Notes: a model not told the origin generated them from the letters alone. A stretch of 64,000 nucleotides of DNA from Spirochaetia bacterium (GCA_034520965.1 JAXHMY010000001.1:320001-384000), one strand, 5' to 3'; positions 9,766 to 21,097 are shown, numbered from the stretch's first letter. A program made the numbers and translations.

Positions 9766-10364
9766 CAAAATTGCTCCAGAAATCGCTCGCGAGTGAGCCT
9801 TTCGAGGGATTTTTCACGTCTGCTGCTGCGCCGCAGTTCCTGCAGGGCCGGCATGGAGATATATTTAATGCGCAGCGGGCGCTCCAGGGCCATTTGAATC
9901 TGATCGTTTTCCCATACAGCTTTGTCGGGAGAGAGGCGGTCCGGCTCGCCATAGCGCTCCTGCAGGGTGCTGTACATGGTGTAATATCCCAGGTGGTTGG
10001 GGTTTAGGATGAGGGTAATGGTAAACAGGGTGTTATCGACAAATTGGAAGGAGGCCTGTTGAATGAAGTCGACCCCGTCGGTTTGTATGAGAGAGTCGTT
10101 GCGCGAGCGAAGCATACTGACATCCGGCTCGCCGCGGTACCTGAAATTTCCGTCCGCTTCCAGAGCCTGCTGCACCGAGGCAAGGTCCATCCCCAGCTGA
10201 ATGCGGTTGAATCCGGCGGGAAGCTGCTCTTCAGGCTGCTCTAGCTGTTTTGTCTGCTCCGTGGTCTGCGCAGGCAGGGATACGGCCAAGCTGAATAACA
10301 GCAAAACGCAGAAAACGGGGAAAGTTAAGAATTTAGTATGAATGAAATTGCTCATCTTATTCAT
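9765..10364 (-). CDS. Exported hypothetical protein
   Basis: Signal-peptide-like N-terminus; stop overlaps start of DUF192 gene (TGATG). Start is uncertain. Confidence 0.7.
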   Translation of the reverse strand: MNKMSNFIHTKFLTFPVFCVLLLFSLAVSLPAQTTEQTKQLEQPEEQLPAGFNRIQLGMDLASVQQALEADGNFRYRGEPDVSMLRSRNDSLIQTDGVDFIQQASFQFVDNTLFTITLILNPNHLGYYTMYSTLQERYGEPDRLSPDKAVWENDQIQMALERPLRIKYISMPALQELRRSSRREKSLERLTRERFLEQF

Positions 10365-10400
10365 ATTATCGACACTTCGCCCTGGGAAGATGAAGGTAGT

Positions 10401-10434
10401 AAAAAAAAAGCCGGAAGGAGAGTATCCAACCGGC
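10401..10434 (-). terminator. Intrinsic terminator after RRM gene
   Basis: Minus strand GCCGG..GGA/TCC..CCGGC stem followed by 9 T. Confidence 0.8.
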
Positions 10435-10461
10435 ATTTTAGTAACTTTATATAGTGTTCGC

Positions 10462-10722
10462 TTAGAAGCGTGGGCGGCGCTCTTTGGCCACGTTTACTTT
10501 CAGGTTACGTCCGCCGAACTCAGAGTTGTCCAGCGCGGAAATTGCTGCGTCAGCAGCTTGTTCATCTTCCATTTCTACAAAGCCGAAACCCTTGGAACGG
10601 TCGGTGTAGCGATCGATGATAATGTTGGCACTTGCAACAGTACCGTACTGACCAAACAGGTTTTCAAGTTCCTGCTCAGTTGTGTTGTAATTCATGTTTC
10701 CTACATAAATTTTCTTAGCCAT
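10462..10722 (-). CDS. Single-RRM RNA-binding protein
   Basis: RNP2 IYVGNM, RNP1 KGFGFVEM, GRNLKVNVA. Confidence 0.95.
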   Translation of the reverse strand: MAKKIYVGNMNYNTTEQELENLFGQYGTVASANIIIDRYTDRSKGFGFVEMEDEQAADAAISALDNSEFGGRNLKVNVAKERRPRF

Positions 10723-10917
10723 AGTGTAGCATCCTTCTACCCTGATATTTGAACAGGGTCTTAAAAATATTTATGTATATGGAAGAAATAGATCTTAATC
10801 GTTCAGTAGGAAATTACTTTTTGATGGGAGAAGAAACAGAAAAGAATCAGCTATCATCAACCCGAAGAAACCCTATCGAAAATTAAAGAACAGTACCGCA
10901 TCCGATATACTCTCTGT

Positions 10918-10946
10918 AATATACTATAACTCACTGCTTTAATCAA
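10918..10946 (-). promoter_or_regulatory. Putative sigma70 promoter of RRM gene (implies ~190-nt 5' UTR)
   Basis: TTGATT-17 nt-TATATT on the minus strand. Confidence 0.5.
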
Positions 10947-11065
10947 GCACCTTGTAAATTTTTCAACACTTTTTGTTGGAGAAGAAGCATACTTAGTCTT
11001 TTCGGCATTCAGAAGTCTATGCTATGCTGTCGTTCAGCCATTTTTTAGTACAAGGTGGGAGCACT

Positions 11066-11416
11066 ATGGATGATGAGCTTGTATACTCTACCGATGAGGG
11101 AGATCTGCGCAAGCAGAAGAAAGGCCGGAAAAAAAACAGCCGGGGGCATGCGAAGACCCCACCGGGTATAAAGAACGACGGAATAATCAGGGTACAACGT
11201 GAGAGTAAAGGCCGGGGTGGCAAAACCGTCTCGGTGGTGTACGGTATGCCTGTTTCAGACGAGACGCTCCAGGAATGGGCAACCAAACTGAAACAGCAAT
11301 GCGGTACCGGAGGAAGTGTCAAATCCGGAACCATTATTATTCAGGGGGATAAAGTGGATACTATTGTATCAATTCTTGCAAATGCCGGCTTTTCAGCCAA
11401 GCGGGCGGGAGGTTGA
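11066..11416 (+). CDS. yciH: SUI1/YciH-family translation initiation factor
   Basis: LVYSTD, RESKGRGGKTVSVV, LKQQCGTGGSVK, IIIQGD, AKRAGG. Confidence 0.9.
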   Translation: MDDELVYSTDEGDLRKQKKGRKKNSRGHAKTPPGIKNDGIIRVQRESKGRGGKTVSVVYGMPVSDETLQEWATKLKQQCGTGGSVKSGTIIIQGDKVDTIVSILANAGFSAKRAGG

Positions 11417-11419
11417 CAG

Positions 11420-11617
11420 ATGGATGGATGTTATAGAGAGAATGTAAAAATTGGTCAGCAAGTCGATGTAGTGAAAAAGCAGGACCAAGGAACAGGGCAT
11501 CTCACAGATGGGGTAGTCGATCGAATTCTCACAAAGTCGGCATACCATCCCCACGGTATAAAGGTGCGACTTGCATCAGGTGTGGTGGGGAGAATAAAAA
11601 AGATATATAACAAATGA
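11420..11617 (+). CDS. YwbE / DUF2196 family protein
   Basis: VVKKQDQGTGHLTDGVV..ILTKSAYHPHGIKVRL..G.VGRI. Confidence 0.88.
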   Translation: MDGCYRENVKIGQQVDVVKKQDQGTGHLTDGVVDRILTKSAYHPHGIKVRLASGVVGRIKKIYNK

Positions 11618-12387
11618 GCGAGTGCATTGATACCATTCTGCAGAGAAAATCGATAAGAAGTTATCTTCCGAATCCAATCCCGGATACCGAGAAACAGCGC
11701 ATAATCGAAGCGATGCTGCGCGCCCCGACTGCCGGCAATCAAATGCTCTATTCGGTCATCGAGGTAGAATCTGCAGCATTGAAGTCAAAACTGGCCGAAA
11801 CCTGTGATCATCAGCCTTTTATTGCCGATGCTCCCTGGGTTTTGATTTTTTTGGCCGATTCACAGCGCATATATGACTTTTTTCACTACTCCGGTGTCGA
11901 TTCGCTGATTAACTCCAACCTTGCCCCTTCGGCAAAACCCCAGGAGGCAGATCTCCTGCTGGCCGGATGCGATGCCCTGATCGCAGCCCACACTGCCGTT
12001 CTGGCGGCAGAGTCCCTGGGAATCGGTACCTGTTATATCGGCGACATTATGGAAAATTACGAGATCCACCGCGATCTACTAAAACTGCCCAAGTACGCAG
12101 TACCGATCACCATGCTCTGTCTCGGCTACCCCACTGAACAGCAGAAAAACCGCCCCTTTACCCCCCGTCTCTCCAGAGACCTGATTATCTCAAAGAACAG
12201 CTACAGGCATCTACAACCGGAAGAAGCAAAGAGTCTGTATGATGCGAATCTACCACCGAATCCCCATTTTTTGGAGGGCGCCGAGAATCACGGTCAGCAT
12301 ATATACTTGCGCAAGTTCAGCTCTCCCTTCATGCAGGAAATGCGTCGTTCGGTACATGTAATGCTGGAAAACTGGCGAGAAGATTGA
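11614..12387 (+). CDS. NfsA/Frp-type nitroreductase (FMN oxidoreductase)
   Basis: RKSIRSY, APTAGNQMLYSVI, DALIAAH...AAESLGIGTCYIG, LCLGYP. Confidence 0.9.
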   Translation: MSECIDTILQRKSIRSYLPNPIPDTEKQRIIEAMLRAPTAGNQMLYSVIEVESAALKSKLAETCDHQPFIADAPWVLIFLADSQRIYDFFHYSGVDSLINSNLAPSAKPQEADLLLAGCDALIAAHTAVLAAESLGIGTCYIGDIMENYEIHRDLLKLPKYAVPITMLCLGYPTEQQKNRPFTPRLSRDLIISKNSYRHLQPEEAKSLYDANLPPNPHFLEGAENHGQHIYLRKFSSPFMQEMRRSVHVMLENWRED

Positions 12388-12450
12388 AGCCACAGTTGAT
12401 CCCATGGCGTTCAACTCATTTTTGAGATATAGTTTAAGAAAGGAGATAAC

Positions 12451-13401
12451 ATGGACAATGCAACAATTCTCTGGGATATTGAGAACGTCACTCCCAAGAA
12501 TGATCATAAATTTATAGCAAATCTGTTTGATTTTCTGGAAGAGGAAAACAAAGTATCCTCAGCCAGCTGTTTTGGCGATTGGACCCGTCCTCATTTAAAA
12601 AAACTTCCAAGTAACCTATCAGATTACAATTTTGAACTTATTCATATTCCGAAGTCAAGAAAAAACAGCGCCGATATGGCCTTGATTACCCATGCCACCG
12701 AGATGATCTTTCTGTATCCCCATCTGCAGCGTTTTATTCTGATCACCGGCGATGCCGATTTCCGCCCCCTGCTGACTACCCTCAAAAAACATGGGAAAGA
12801 GGTGTGGATCATCTGTGACGCCTCAAATGCCTCGGAAGACCTCCTCGCTCAGGCGGATAAGTACTTCGATTACCGAACTATCATGACCAAGGATTATGAA
12901 GAGGATCAGGAGGAGGAATCCACCGAGACTATCTCTAAGGAAGCGGCCTTTCAGCTCTTTGCGGAAGCGGTAAATTTGATGCTGAAACAGAAGAAAAAGC
13001 CGAGCCCCGGCTCGGTTAAAGTCAAAATGAAACTGCTCAATGAGGACTTTAGCGAAAGTAAAATCGGCTACAAATCTTGGAAGTCTTTTCTTTCGGACGC
13101 AATCGAACATACAGATGTGGAATACAGCACAGAGAACAGCAGCCTGCTCACCATCGCCGCCCGCAGCCGTCCTACGAGTACTGAACAGCTTCCTGAAATT
13201 TTTAAGTACATGCTTAACTCTTTGAATGGAATTAATTGGACTTCCTTCGCCAAATCAAGCCAGCACCTGCAGGAGAAAAAAGTTTCCATAAAGCGTTACG
13301 GGTACAGTAAATTCAAGAAGCTTGTTTTTGATGCGGAAAAACGCGGACTGGTTGAGACAAAAAATGAAGGCATCCATTGGTATCTAAGGAAGCAGGCATA
13401 G
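12451..13401 (+). CDS. NYN (LabA/DUF88, PIN-like) nuclease with C-terminal OST-HTH/LOTUS domains
   Basis: WDIEN, KNSADMAL, LITGDADFRPL...HGKEV, ASEDLLAQADKY; two C-terminal GY(K)S/YGYSKFKKL LOTUS-like repeats. Confidence 0.88.
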   Translation: MDNATILWDIENVTPKNDHKFIANLFDFLEEENKVSSASCFGDWTRPHLKKLPSNLSDYNFELIHIPKSRKNSADMALITHATEMIFLYPHLQRFILITGDADFRPLLTTLKKHGKEVWIICDASNASEDLLAQADKYFDYRTIMTKDYEEDQEEESTETISKEAAFQLFAEAVNLMLKQKKKPSPGSVKVKMKLLNEDFSESKIGYKSWKSFLSDAIEHTDVEYSTENSSLLTIAARSRPTSTEQLPEIFKYMLNSLNGINWTSFAKSSQHLQEKKVSIKRYGYSKFKKLVFDAEKRGLVETKNEGIHWYLRKQA

Positions 13402-13425
13402 CAGGTATAGTTGTAAAAAAAAAGA

Positions 13426-13454
13426 TTGCATTTTGAACTAAAATACCGTAATAT
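13426..13454 (+). promoter_or_regulatory. Putative sigma70 promoter of second RRM gene
   Basis: TTGCAT-17 nt-TAATAT preceded by an A-tract. Confidence 0.5.
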
Positions 13455-13551
13455 CGATCAAAAGATATGTTGAGATAGTATCTACATCATGGGTAACCTT
13501 ATATCTATCAAACCATCTCTTTGTACTTTTAATTTCTTAGGAGCATTTTGT

Positions 13552-13797
13552 ATGAACATTTACGTCGGAAATCTCAATTATTCCGTAACAGAGGATGACC
13601 TGAAAAACTTGTTTCAGGAGTATGGCACCGTTTCTTCCGTCCGGGTCATTATTGATCGTATGACCCAACGATCAAAGGGGTTCGCATTTGTCGATATGCC
13701 CGATGACGGAGAAGCTAACAGCGCCATTGACGCATTGAACGGTACGGATTTTATGGGAAGAGCGTTAAAGGTGAACGAGGCAAGAGAAAAAAGATAA
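13552..13797 (+). CDS. Second single-RRM RNA-binding protein
   Basis: MNIYVGNL, KGFAFVDM, GRALKVNEAR; SD AGGAG. Confidence 0.95.
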   Translation: MNIYVGNLNYSVTEDDLKNLFQEYGTVSSVRVIIDRMTQRSKGFAFVDMPDDGEANSAIDALNGTDFMGRALKVNEAREKR

Positions 13798-13891
13798 GGC
13801 TTATGAGGTGCTTTCAAAGATTATAAAATGATCATCGAAGTACCTAATACTGTACATTAACAGTTCTCAATTGATTCGGTATACTTTTTTC

Positions 13892-13927
13892 AAAAGCGGC
13901 CACAGTTTATCTGTTGTGCCGCTTTTT
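13892..13927 (+). terminator. Intrinsic (possibly bidirectional) terminator
   Basis: AAAAGCGGC...ACAG/CTGT...GCCGCTTTTT. Confidence 0.7.
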
Positions 13928-13950
13928 ACTTTAAAAAGTTAAGGTAGGCA

Positions 13951-15537
13951 ATGAAGTTTATTCGTCTTTCTTTACCGGTTTTATTTTCCCTCTTTCTTTT
14001 AATAGGAATCTTAAGCTGTGCTACATCACAGCCTGCTCCTGGTACTCCACAACTTCGAATATATTCCCGAACAGAGGAATTGCCTCAACTGGATATTCCT
14101 ACAGAGCGGGGTAAAGTCCTTTTTATTACAACTCCCGCCGGGGCAAGGTTATTTATTAATGGAAAAACCATCGGCTCCACTCCCCTTCTGTACCCCCTCA
14201 CAGACGGTTCGTATCACATACGCATCACCAAGCAGCGTTACCATTCAACCGATTTCTATTTAGATATCCAAAACGATGATATTGCGGCTGCCCAGGTCTC
14301 GCTCGAACCGCATACCGGCATGATTGCTCCTGTAATCAGCCCGCAAGATTCCATAGTAATAATAAACAATCTGCACATTCAAAACTTTCCAAAAGAACTT
14401 CCCGTGGGTACCTATACCTTGCAGATCAGCCGCTTCGGGTATGAGTCTAAAACAACGGAGGTCAAAGTAAGCCGTGACGAAAGGGTGCAGCCGAAAATTA
14501 AACTAGAGCCGCTGCCCTTTGCCGTACAGAATCTATCCATCTTTCCACAGCAGATACGCATTATTCCACCATTACCACAACGTGAATTAGTGATCAAAGG
14601 ATCGGTCAGCGCTCCAGGAAGTATAAAAATTACTATTCGCACCCGGCAGGACAAACTCTTTAGTACCGAGCTAATCGAACTGCCGAACTCACCTTACTTT
14701 GAAAAGAGGTACCCCCTGCCGCCTGGAAGCTACCGAATAATCGTTCAAGGCAACGCTCACGACAATATAAACACAATAGTCTATGAGAAAAGAGTTGAAG
14801 TAATCCAGGAAGAACCAATCTCTCTGTTCACTACCGGTCTGCCGGCAACATTAGCAGTAATCGGCGTTCCCCGCGCCAGTACTGTTGGCTCCGGAATCTT
14901 GCGGAGCTCATTTTCCTTCGGTGGAGGCGGTAGCATAGAAGCCTCACCTGTTTCGTTTCCAGCCCAGTTGAGTCTGGGGGCCGGATTGCCCTACTCTTTA
15001 GAAATCCAGACTTCAACAGGCTTGCTGATTGAAAAAAACAGAACAACCATGTGGAGTGGGTCCGCACAGCTTAAGCGTGAACTCTTCAAAACCGGTAACA
15101 TAGCCAGATTTTCAGGGGCCTTTGAGCTCTTCGGAAACTACCTCTCGGACAAGGGTGTTTCTGATGCATCTGCAGCTTTGCTTCCTTTTGAAACAGTTAT
15201 TGGATCACGACCTATTTTCGAGTTTACTCTGCATCCGGAGATTGATAGGTTCATGGGGGTCTCCTTAAGTCCTTCAGTCGAACTACAGGTAAATGAAAAC
15301 AACAGTGAAAAGTGGATGGGCCGACTGCATAGCGCTGCGTTCCTCCAAATCAAGGATAAAGCAGTTGCCCTCACCGCAAAAACCAGCACTGAGTTAAACC
15401 ATTTTGGCTACGGGGTAGAATTCAGTTGGCTTATTCCTCAAAGTTCAATGCATCTGAATCTGTTTGCAGGCGGCATTTCGGAAGATGAGTTACTTAGCTA
15501 CTATGCAAGTGGAATAACTTTTTATTATATTCGGTAA
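13951..15537 (+). CDS. PEGA-domain lipoprotein
   Basis: Lipobox ILSC; TTPAGARLFING..IGSTPL..L.DGSY.IRITK..Y and LPVGTYTLQISRFGYE PEGA repeats. Confidence 0.8.
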   Translation: MKFIRLSLPVLFSLFLLIGILSCATSQPAPGTPQLRIYSRTEELPQLDIPTERGKVLFITTPAGARLFINGKTIGSTPLLYPLTDGSYHIRITKQRYHSTDFYLDIQNDDIAAAQVSLEPHTGMIAPVISPQDSIVIINNLHIQNFPKELPVGTYTLQISRFGYESKTTEVKVSRDERVQPKIKLEPLPFAVQNLSIFPQQIRIIPPLPQRELVIKGSVSAPGSIKITIRTRQDKLFSTELIELPNSPYFEKRYPLPPGSYRIIVQGNAHDNINTIVYEKRVEVIQEEPISLFTTGLPATLAVIGVPRASTVGSGILRSSFSFGGGGSIEASPVSFPAQLSLGAGLPYSLEIQTSTGLLIEKNRTTMWSGSAQLKRELFKTGNIARFSGAFELFGNYLSDKGVSDASAALLPFETVIGSRPIFEFTLHPEIDRFMGVSLSPSVELQVNENNSEKWMGRLHSAAFLQIKDKAVALTAKTSTELNHFGYGVEFSWLIPQSSMHLNLFAGGISEDELLSYYASGITFYYIR

Positions 15538-15540
15538 GTA

Positions 15541-15867
15541 ATGAAAGAATCGCCGGATAAACAACTCATAAAAATCTTAAAATCCCTTTCTACTGCGGAC
15601 GCACAAAATCGGCTCATGCGAATTACAGACCGCAACTTAGCCATCTGCATGTTGTATATGGGTGAATCCGATCGGAATCTTGTTTTTGACCGACTGGGAA
15701 AAATGAAGCGAGAGAGAATTAGGCAGGAGCTTGCATATGTGCACCACCTACGGCTGCGCTATCCCCAATATAAATCAGTTATCGAGAAAGTAATTGTGAG
15801 CATAGTGGGGGGAAAAAATGTCGCTCCACAAAGTTATATACGGCCGCTGCGCAATGACAGGTTTTAG
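15541..15867 (+). CDS. Small protein resembling the FliG C-terminal domain
   Basis: Q..LMRITDRNLAICM...R.LVF..L...KRERIRQEL pattern parallels FliG-C (compare C-terminus of the FliG paralog at 42226-43431). Confidence 0.55.
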   Translation: MKESPDKQLIKILKSLSTADAQNRLMRITDRNLAICMLYMGESDRNLVFDRLGKMKRERIRQELAYVHHLRLRYPQYKSVIEKVIVSIVGGKNVAPQSYIRPLRNDRF

Positions 15868-15887
15868 TGAACCGATACTAGCGGTGC

Positions 15888-16637
15888 TTACCGGCCTTTC
15901 ACCAAGGAGCGACCGGTATAGTCATCACGGTGGAGAAAGATCGGAGTGTCCTCGAAATACTCATCCACAGCCCTGCGTGCTCCAGTAAAGTGCCCGTAAT
16001 CATCTAGCAGCAAAACACCACCTCGCTGCACACGCGGATACAAATGCTGCAGCTCGTGTAGCGTGGATTCATACCAGTCTGTATCCAAGCGTAATAGAGC
16101 AATTTTTTTGGGACACTGCGCAGGAATAGTAGTGGCTACATCTCCCTCAACAGCAAGGATCAATTCTTTGGGATACCCGGTGGAACCCAGGTTCTTCACC
16201 ACATCTTGGCGAGACACAGCCCACCAGCCGAAATTATTTTTCTCACCCCGCTGATCTTCAGCCCATTTCTCCTGGACCGGCTGTCCAGTCCAGGCAACCG
16301 CATCTTTTTCCGTTGGGGGAGTCATTCCTTGGAAAGTATCGAATAGGTAGAGTTCACGATCGGCAGCATCCAGTTTTAAAAGTGTCAATGCCATTAGCAT
16401 TGTCGCACCGCCTTTCCAGACACCGCATTCCACAAAAGCTCCCGGTACTTCTGCTTTTACCAGGTAGTGTATAGCTGAATAAATAGCGTAGGCCCGTTCT
16501 GTGCTTATCATCGTATAGTTACGCACCCGTTCCCATAAATCCACAAAATCGCCGTCGAGGTCGCTATGAAACTGCTGCGGAGGGATTACCCCGTACCCGG
16601 AACGCTGCAGCGCGGTGATCATCGATTGTTCATTCAT
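15888..16637 (-). CDS. TylF/MycF-family (macrocin) O-methyltransferase
   Basis: GAFVECGVWKGG, LFDTFQGM, LLRLDTDWYEST, LDDYGHFTGARRAVDEY. Confidence 0.92.
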   Translation of the reverse strand: MNEQSMITALQRSGYGVIPPQQFHSDLDGDFVDLWERVRNYTMISTERAYAIYSAIHYLVKAEVPGAFVECGVWKGGATMLMALTLLKLDAADRELYLFDTFQGMTPPTEKDAVAWTGQPVQEKWAEDQRGEKNNFGWWAVSRQDVVKNLGSTGYPKELILAVEGDVATTIPAQCPKKIALLRLDTDWYESTLHELQHLYPRVQRGGVLLLDDYGHFTGARRAVDEYFEDTPIFLHRDDYTGRSLVKGR

Positions 16638-18718
16638 TCTATCGGTATTCCTCCGTCCTTAAGTCGCTGCACGAACTCCTCCTCGCTCACAATCTCCACC
16701 CCCATCTGCTGTGCTTTTTGCAGTTTGCTTCCGCCGCCGCTGCCGGATAGAAGATGAGTAGTACTGCCGCTGACCTGGCTGCTGGTGCGCCCACCGCCGG
16801 CTTTGACATATTCCATAGCTTTTGACCTTGGATTGAAACGATCAAAACTGCCGGTCACACACCAGTTTTCACCTTCAAACAGAGGGGGAATCGAGCCCTC
16901 AGCTGTAGCGGCTCTGTCCTCAACCGAGCTTTCAAATTGCAATCCGACTTTTTTTAATTCATCGATTCGCCGCTGAACTTCGGGCCGTGAGAACTCCTCG
17001 ATTATAACGGCGGCAGTTTTTTCGCCAATGCCTTTAATCTCTACCAGTTTCTCTGAATCACCCTCTTCTGCACTTTTAACTATCTTATCAATTGAAGTGA
17101 AGCCAGCTCCAATTAACAGTTCGGTTACATTTGGCCCGACCTCGGGTATGCCCAATGAGGGCAACACCACTCGGAAGGGCTGAGACAAACTTTTCTCTAT
17201 GCCGGCCTTAATCGCGGCAATTTTCTTTTCACCAAAGCCCGGATATCCCTTCAGACGTTCAAAATCAAAGCGGTACAAATCCGGAAGGTCTTGCACAAAG
17301 CCCTCTTCTATCAGCAACTCAGCAGTTTCAGGCCCGAGGTTCTCGATATCCATCTGATTACGCCCAATAAAAAAGTGAAGCCGCCCTCGCACCTGGTCGG
17401 GACATTTATTGTTTCGGCAGAAATGATGTGCACCATATACTTCCAACTTCGAACCACAGGAGGGGCACGTGTCCGGCATTCGCCATACCGGATTTCCAAC
17501 TTCATTTTTTTGAACTACCTTTTCCACCGCCGGAATTACATCACCGCGGCGGGAAACTGTCACCTGATCCCCCTCGGCAATTTCAAGCATTTCAATATAG
17601 GCTTGATTGTGCAGGGTCACATTACTAATTGTCGACCCGCCGATCTGCACCGGTTCAACTCGAGCAACTGGAGTAATTCGGCCGGTTCTTCCCACCTGGA
17701 CTTCAATTGTCCTTATGCTAGTGGTTCCCTGGGGAGACTCAAACTTATAGGCGATAGCCCAGCGTGGATGGTGTCCGGTATATCCCAGTTCCTCCCGAAC
17801 CTGCAGCTCATTTACTTTTACCACCAATCCGTCGATCTCGTATTCCAGCGCATCCCGCTCTGAGGCTGCCTGTTCAATATACTGCGGCAGCTCATCAAAC
17901 TTACCAAAACTCCACTCCGGATACCGCGTCTCCAAATCTTCAGTATCGAGTCGATTTGAAAACACTCCGATACGCGTGCTTACACGAAACTTTAGAGCGG
18001 TTAGTTTTTCTAGTACCTCGATATGACTTAACTCTTGTTGTGGGAATGCACCCTCATAAGCAAACATATTCAAAGGAATACGTGCTACTTCACTGCTTTT
18101 TATACGTCGGAGGCTGCCGGCTGCCAGATTCCGTGGGTTTGCATAGGGAGTTTCCATTTTCCGGTTTAATTCTTCAAAACGGTTTTTCGGCAAGTAGATC
18201 TCTCCCCGGACAGCAACATTTATCTCCTCCGGTAAGCGCAGAGGGACTGTTCGGATAGTTTTTACATTTGCAGTTATGTCATTACCCACAAAGCCGTTTC
18301 CTCGAGTTACAGCCCGTATCAAGCGACCAGCCTCATAATAGAGCACAATGGCTACCCCGTCGATTTTCTCTTCAACTACAAAGCTAAGAGTCTGTCCACT
18401 GCGCTTGGTGGTACGATTAATCCAATCGGCTATTTCATCGGAACTGTAGGCTTTATCAAGACTCAAGACTGGTACTGTATGTTCAACCTCGGGGAATGTT
18501 TCTGTGGGCTCCGTTCCGACCCGCTGGGTTGGCGAGTCGGGCCGTTTCAGCTCAGGATACTCTGCCTCGAGCTCGGATAAACGATCAAAGAGCCGATCGT
18601 ACTCAAGGTCCGAAACACTTGGTCGCCCATCAATATAATATTCACGTTGATAACGATGCAAAAGCTCGGAGAGTCTTTCTACCTCTTGCCGAGCTTCATT
18701 ATACTCACTTTCAGACAT
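16634..18718 (-). CDS. ligA: NAD-dependent DNA ligase
   Basis: EEKIDG adenylation motif, TRGNG..G.DIT, RWAIAYKF, VGRTGRITP, Zn-finger CPSC, C-terminal BRCT. Start set at ATG 18718. Confidence 0.97.
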   Translation of the reverse strand: MSESEYNEARQEVERLSELLHRYQREYYIDGRPSVSDLEYDRLFDRLSELEAEYPELKRPDSPTQRVGTEPTETFPEVEHTVPVLSLDKAYSSDEIADWINRTTKRSGQTLSFVVEEKIDGVAIVLYYEAGRLIRAVTRGNGFVGNDITANVKTIRTVPLRLPEEINVAVRGEIYLPKNRFEELNRKMETPYANPRNLAAGSLRRIKSSEVARIPLNMFAYEGAFPQQELSHIEVLEKLTALKFRVSTRIGVFSNRLDTEDLETRYPEWSFGKFDELPQYIEQAASERDALEYEIDGLVVKVNELQVREELGYTGHHPRWAIAYKFESPQGTTSIRTIEVQVGRTGRITPVARVEPVQIGGSTISNVTLHNQAYIEMLEIAEGDQVTVSRRGDVIPAVEKVVQKNEVGNPVWRMPDTCPSCGSKLEVYGAHHFCRNNKCPDQVRGRLHFFIGRNQMDIENLGPETAELLIEEGFVQDLPDLYRFDFERLKGYPGFGEKKIAAIKAGIEKSLSQPFRVVLPSLGIPEVGPNVTELLIGAGFTSIDKIVKSAEEGDSEKLVEIKGIGEKTAAVIIEEFSRPEVQRRIDELKKVGLQFESSVEDRAATAEGSIPPLFEGENWCVTGSFDRFNPRSKAMEYVKAGGGRTSSQVSGSTTHLLSGSGGGSKLQKAQQMGVEIVSEEEFVQRLKDGGIPIE

Positions 18719-18722
18719 CGCT

Positions 18723-20186
<1,464 letters not shown>

Positions 20187-20253
20187 ATTACACTCCCATA
20201 TCTCATTCTCGGGGATTGTGCACGACATATTGAGAATTTTCTGCCGGAACAGA

Positions 20254-20745
20254 CTACATTCCCTCCATTGCCCTTGTGCCGACATACCTTCCCATACGAC
20301 GGACCAAAACTTCCGCCTCCAGTTCTTCACGCTCTCCAGCCTCTGTAAGCAGAACTACGCCACCGGCTAATTTCTCTTCTGAATTAAGATGGTACAATCG
20401 GTAAAGTGCTTTCACCGGAAGGGAATCTTGGTCATCCTGGGTAAACTCCAGCTGAACCTGAAGCATATAATCTGCACCCCCCGACTTGGCTATACGGAAA
20501 GAAGGAGTATCGCCGAAAGTATTCTGGGCTGCTGTACTCTCCTGATCAAACTGCTGGTACCCCCCGTTGAAAATAATGTGACCTGCACTGAAAAATACGT
20601 CCATGATCCCGTCCTCAACGTAGATTACAGAATCACGTTCGTTTCCGATCCCTGTAGGCTCCTCCGAAAAAAGCATGACTGTTTCAGTGTAAGCCGGTGA
20701 CAGAAGTATTCCTAACAACAAAAGGCTTAAAGCCGTTTTCTTCAT
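20254..20745 (-). CDS. Exported hypothetical protein
   Basis: Signal peptide MKKTALSLLLLG; SD GGGAG. Confidence 0.75.
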   Translation of the reverse strand: MKKTALSLLLLGILLSPAYTETVMLFSEEPTGIGNERDSVIYVEDGIMDVFFSAGHIIFNGGYQQFDQESTAAQNTFGDTPSFRIAKSGGADYMLQVQLEFTQDDQDSLPVKALYRLYHLNSEEKLAGGVVLLTEAGEREELEAEVLVRRMGRYVGTRAMEGM

Positions 20746-20804
20746 AATAATCTCCCACGAGTGTATTAATTATAATATCGGAACAAATCCCGAGTTTGTA
20801 AATG

Positions 20805-20946
20805 CAGCAATTCGAAATGTAAAGTATGCAATGCATACTTTACATTTCGAATGCCTCGAACTGTTAAGAAATTGTAATATTTTCTAAGTTTTTGAAGCAA
20901 ATTCCAAATATAGAAGTCTGAAAGACTTCTATATTTGGAATTGCTG
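20805..20946. mobile_element. MITE-like element family A, copy 2 (142 bp), 9-bp TSD TTGTAAATG
   Basis: Perfect 9-bp ends CAGCAATTC...GAATTGCTG; TTGTAAATG at 20796-20804 and 20947-20955; two perfect ~20-bp hairpins. Confidence 0.88.
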
Positions 20947-21097
20947 TTGTAAATGGCTGATACTAGCCCGAAAGAGAATATAGCTAATGAAGAATCGCCG
21001 AAGTGGTTGCAGTGTACCCATTTCCATGGTATTTTCTATTCATAATTGTGAAGAATTTAGCTGCAAAAGTGACACAGAAACAACTGGTACTCGCCTT

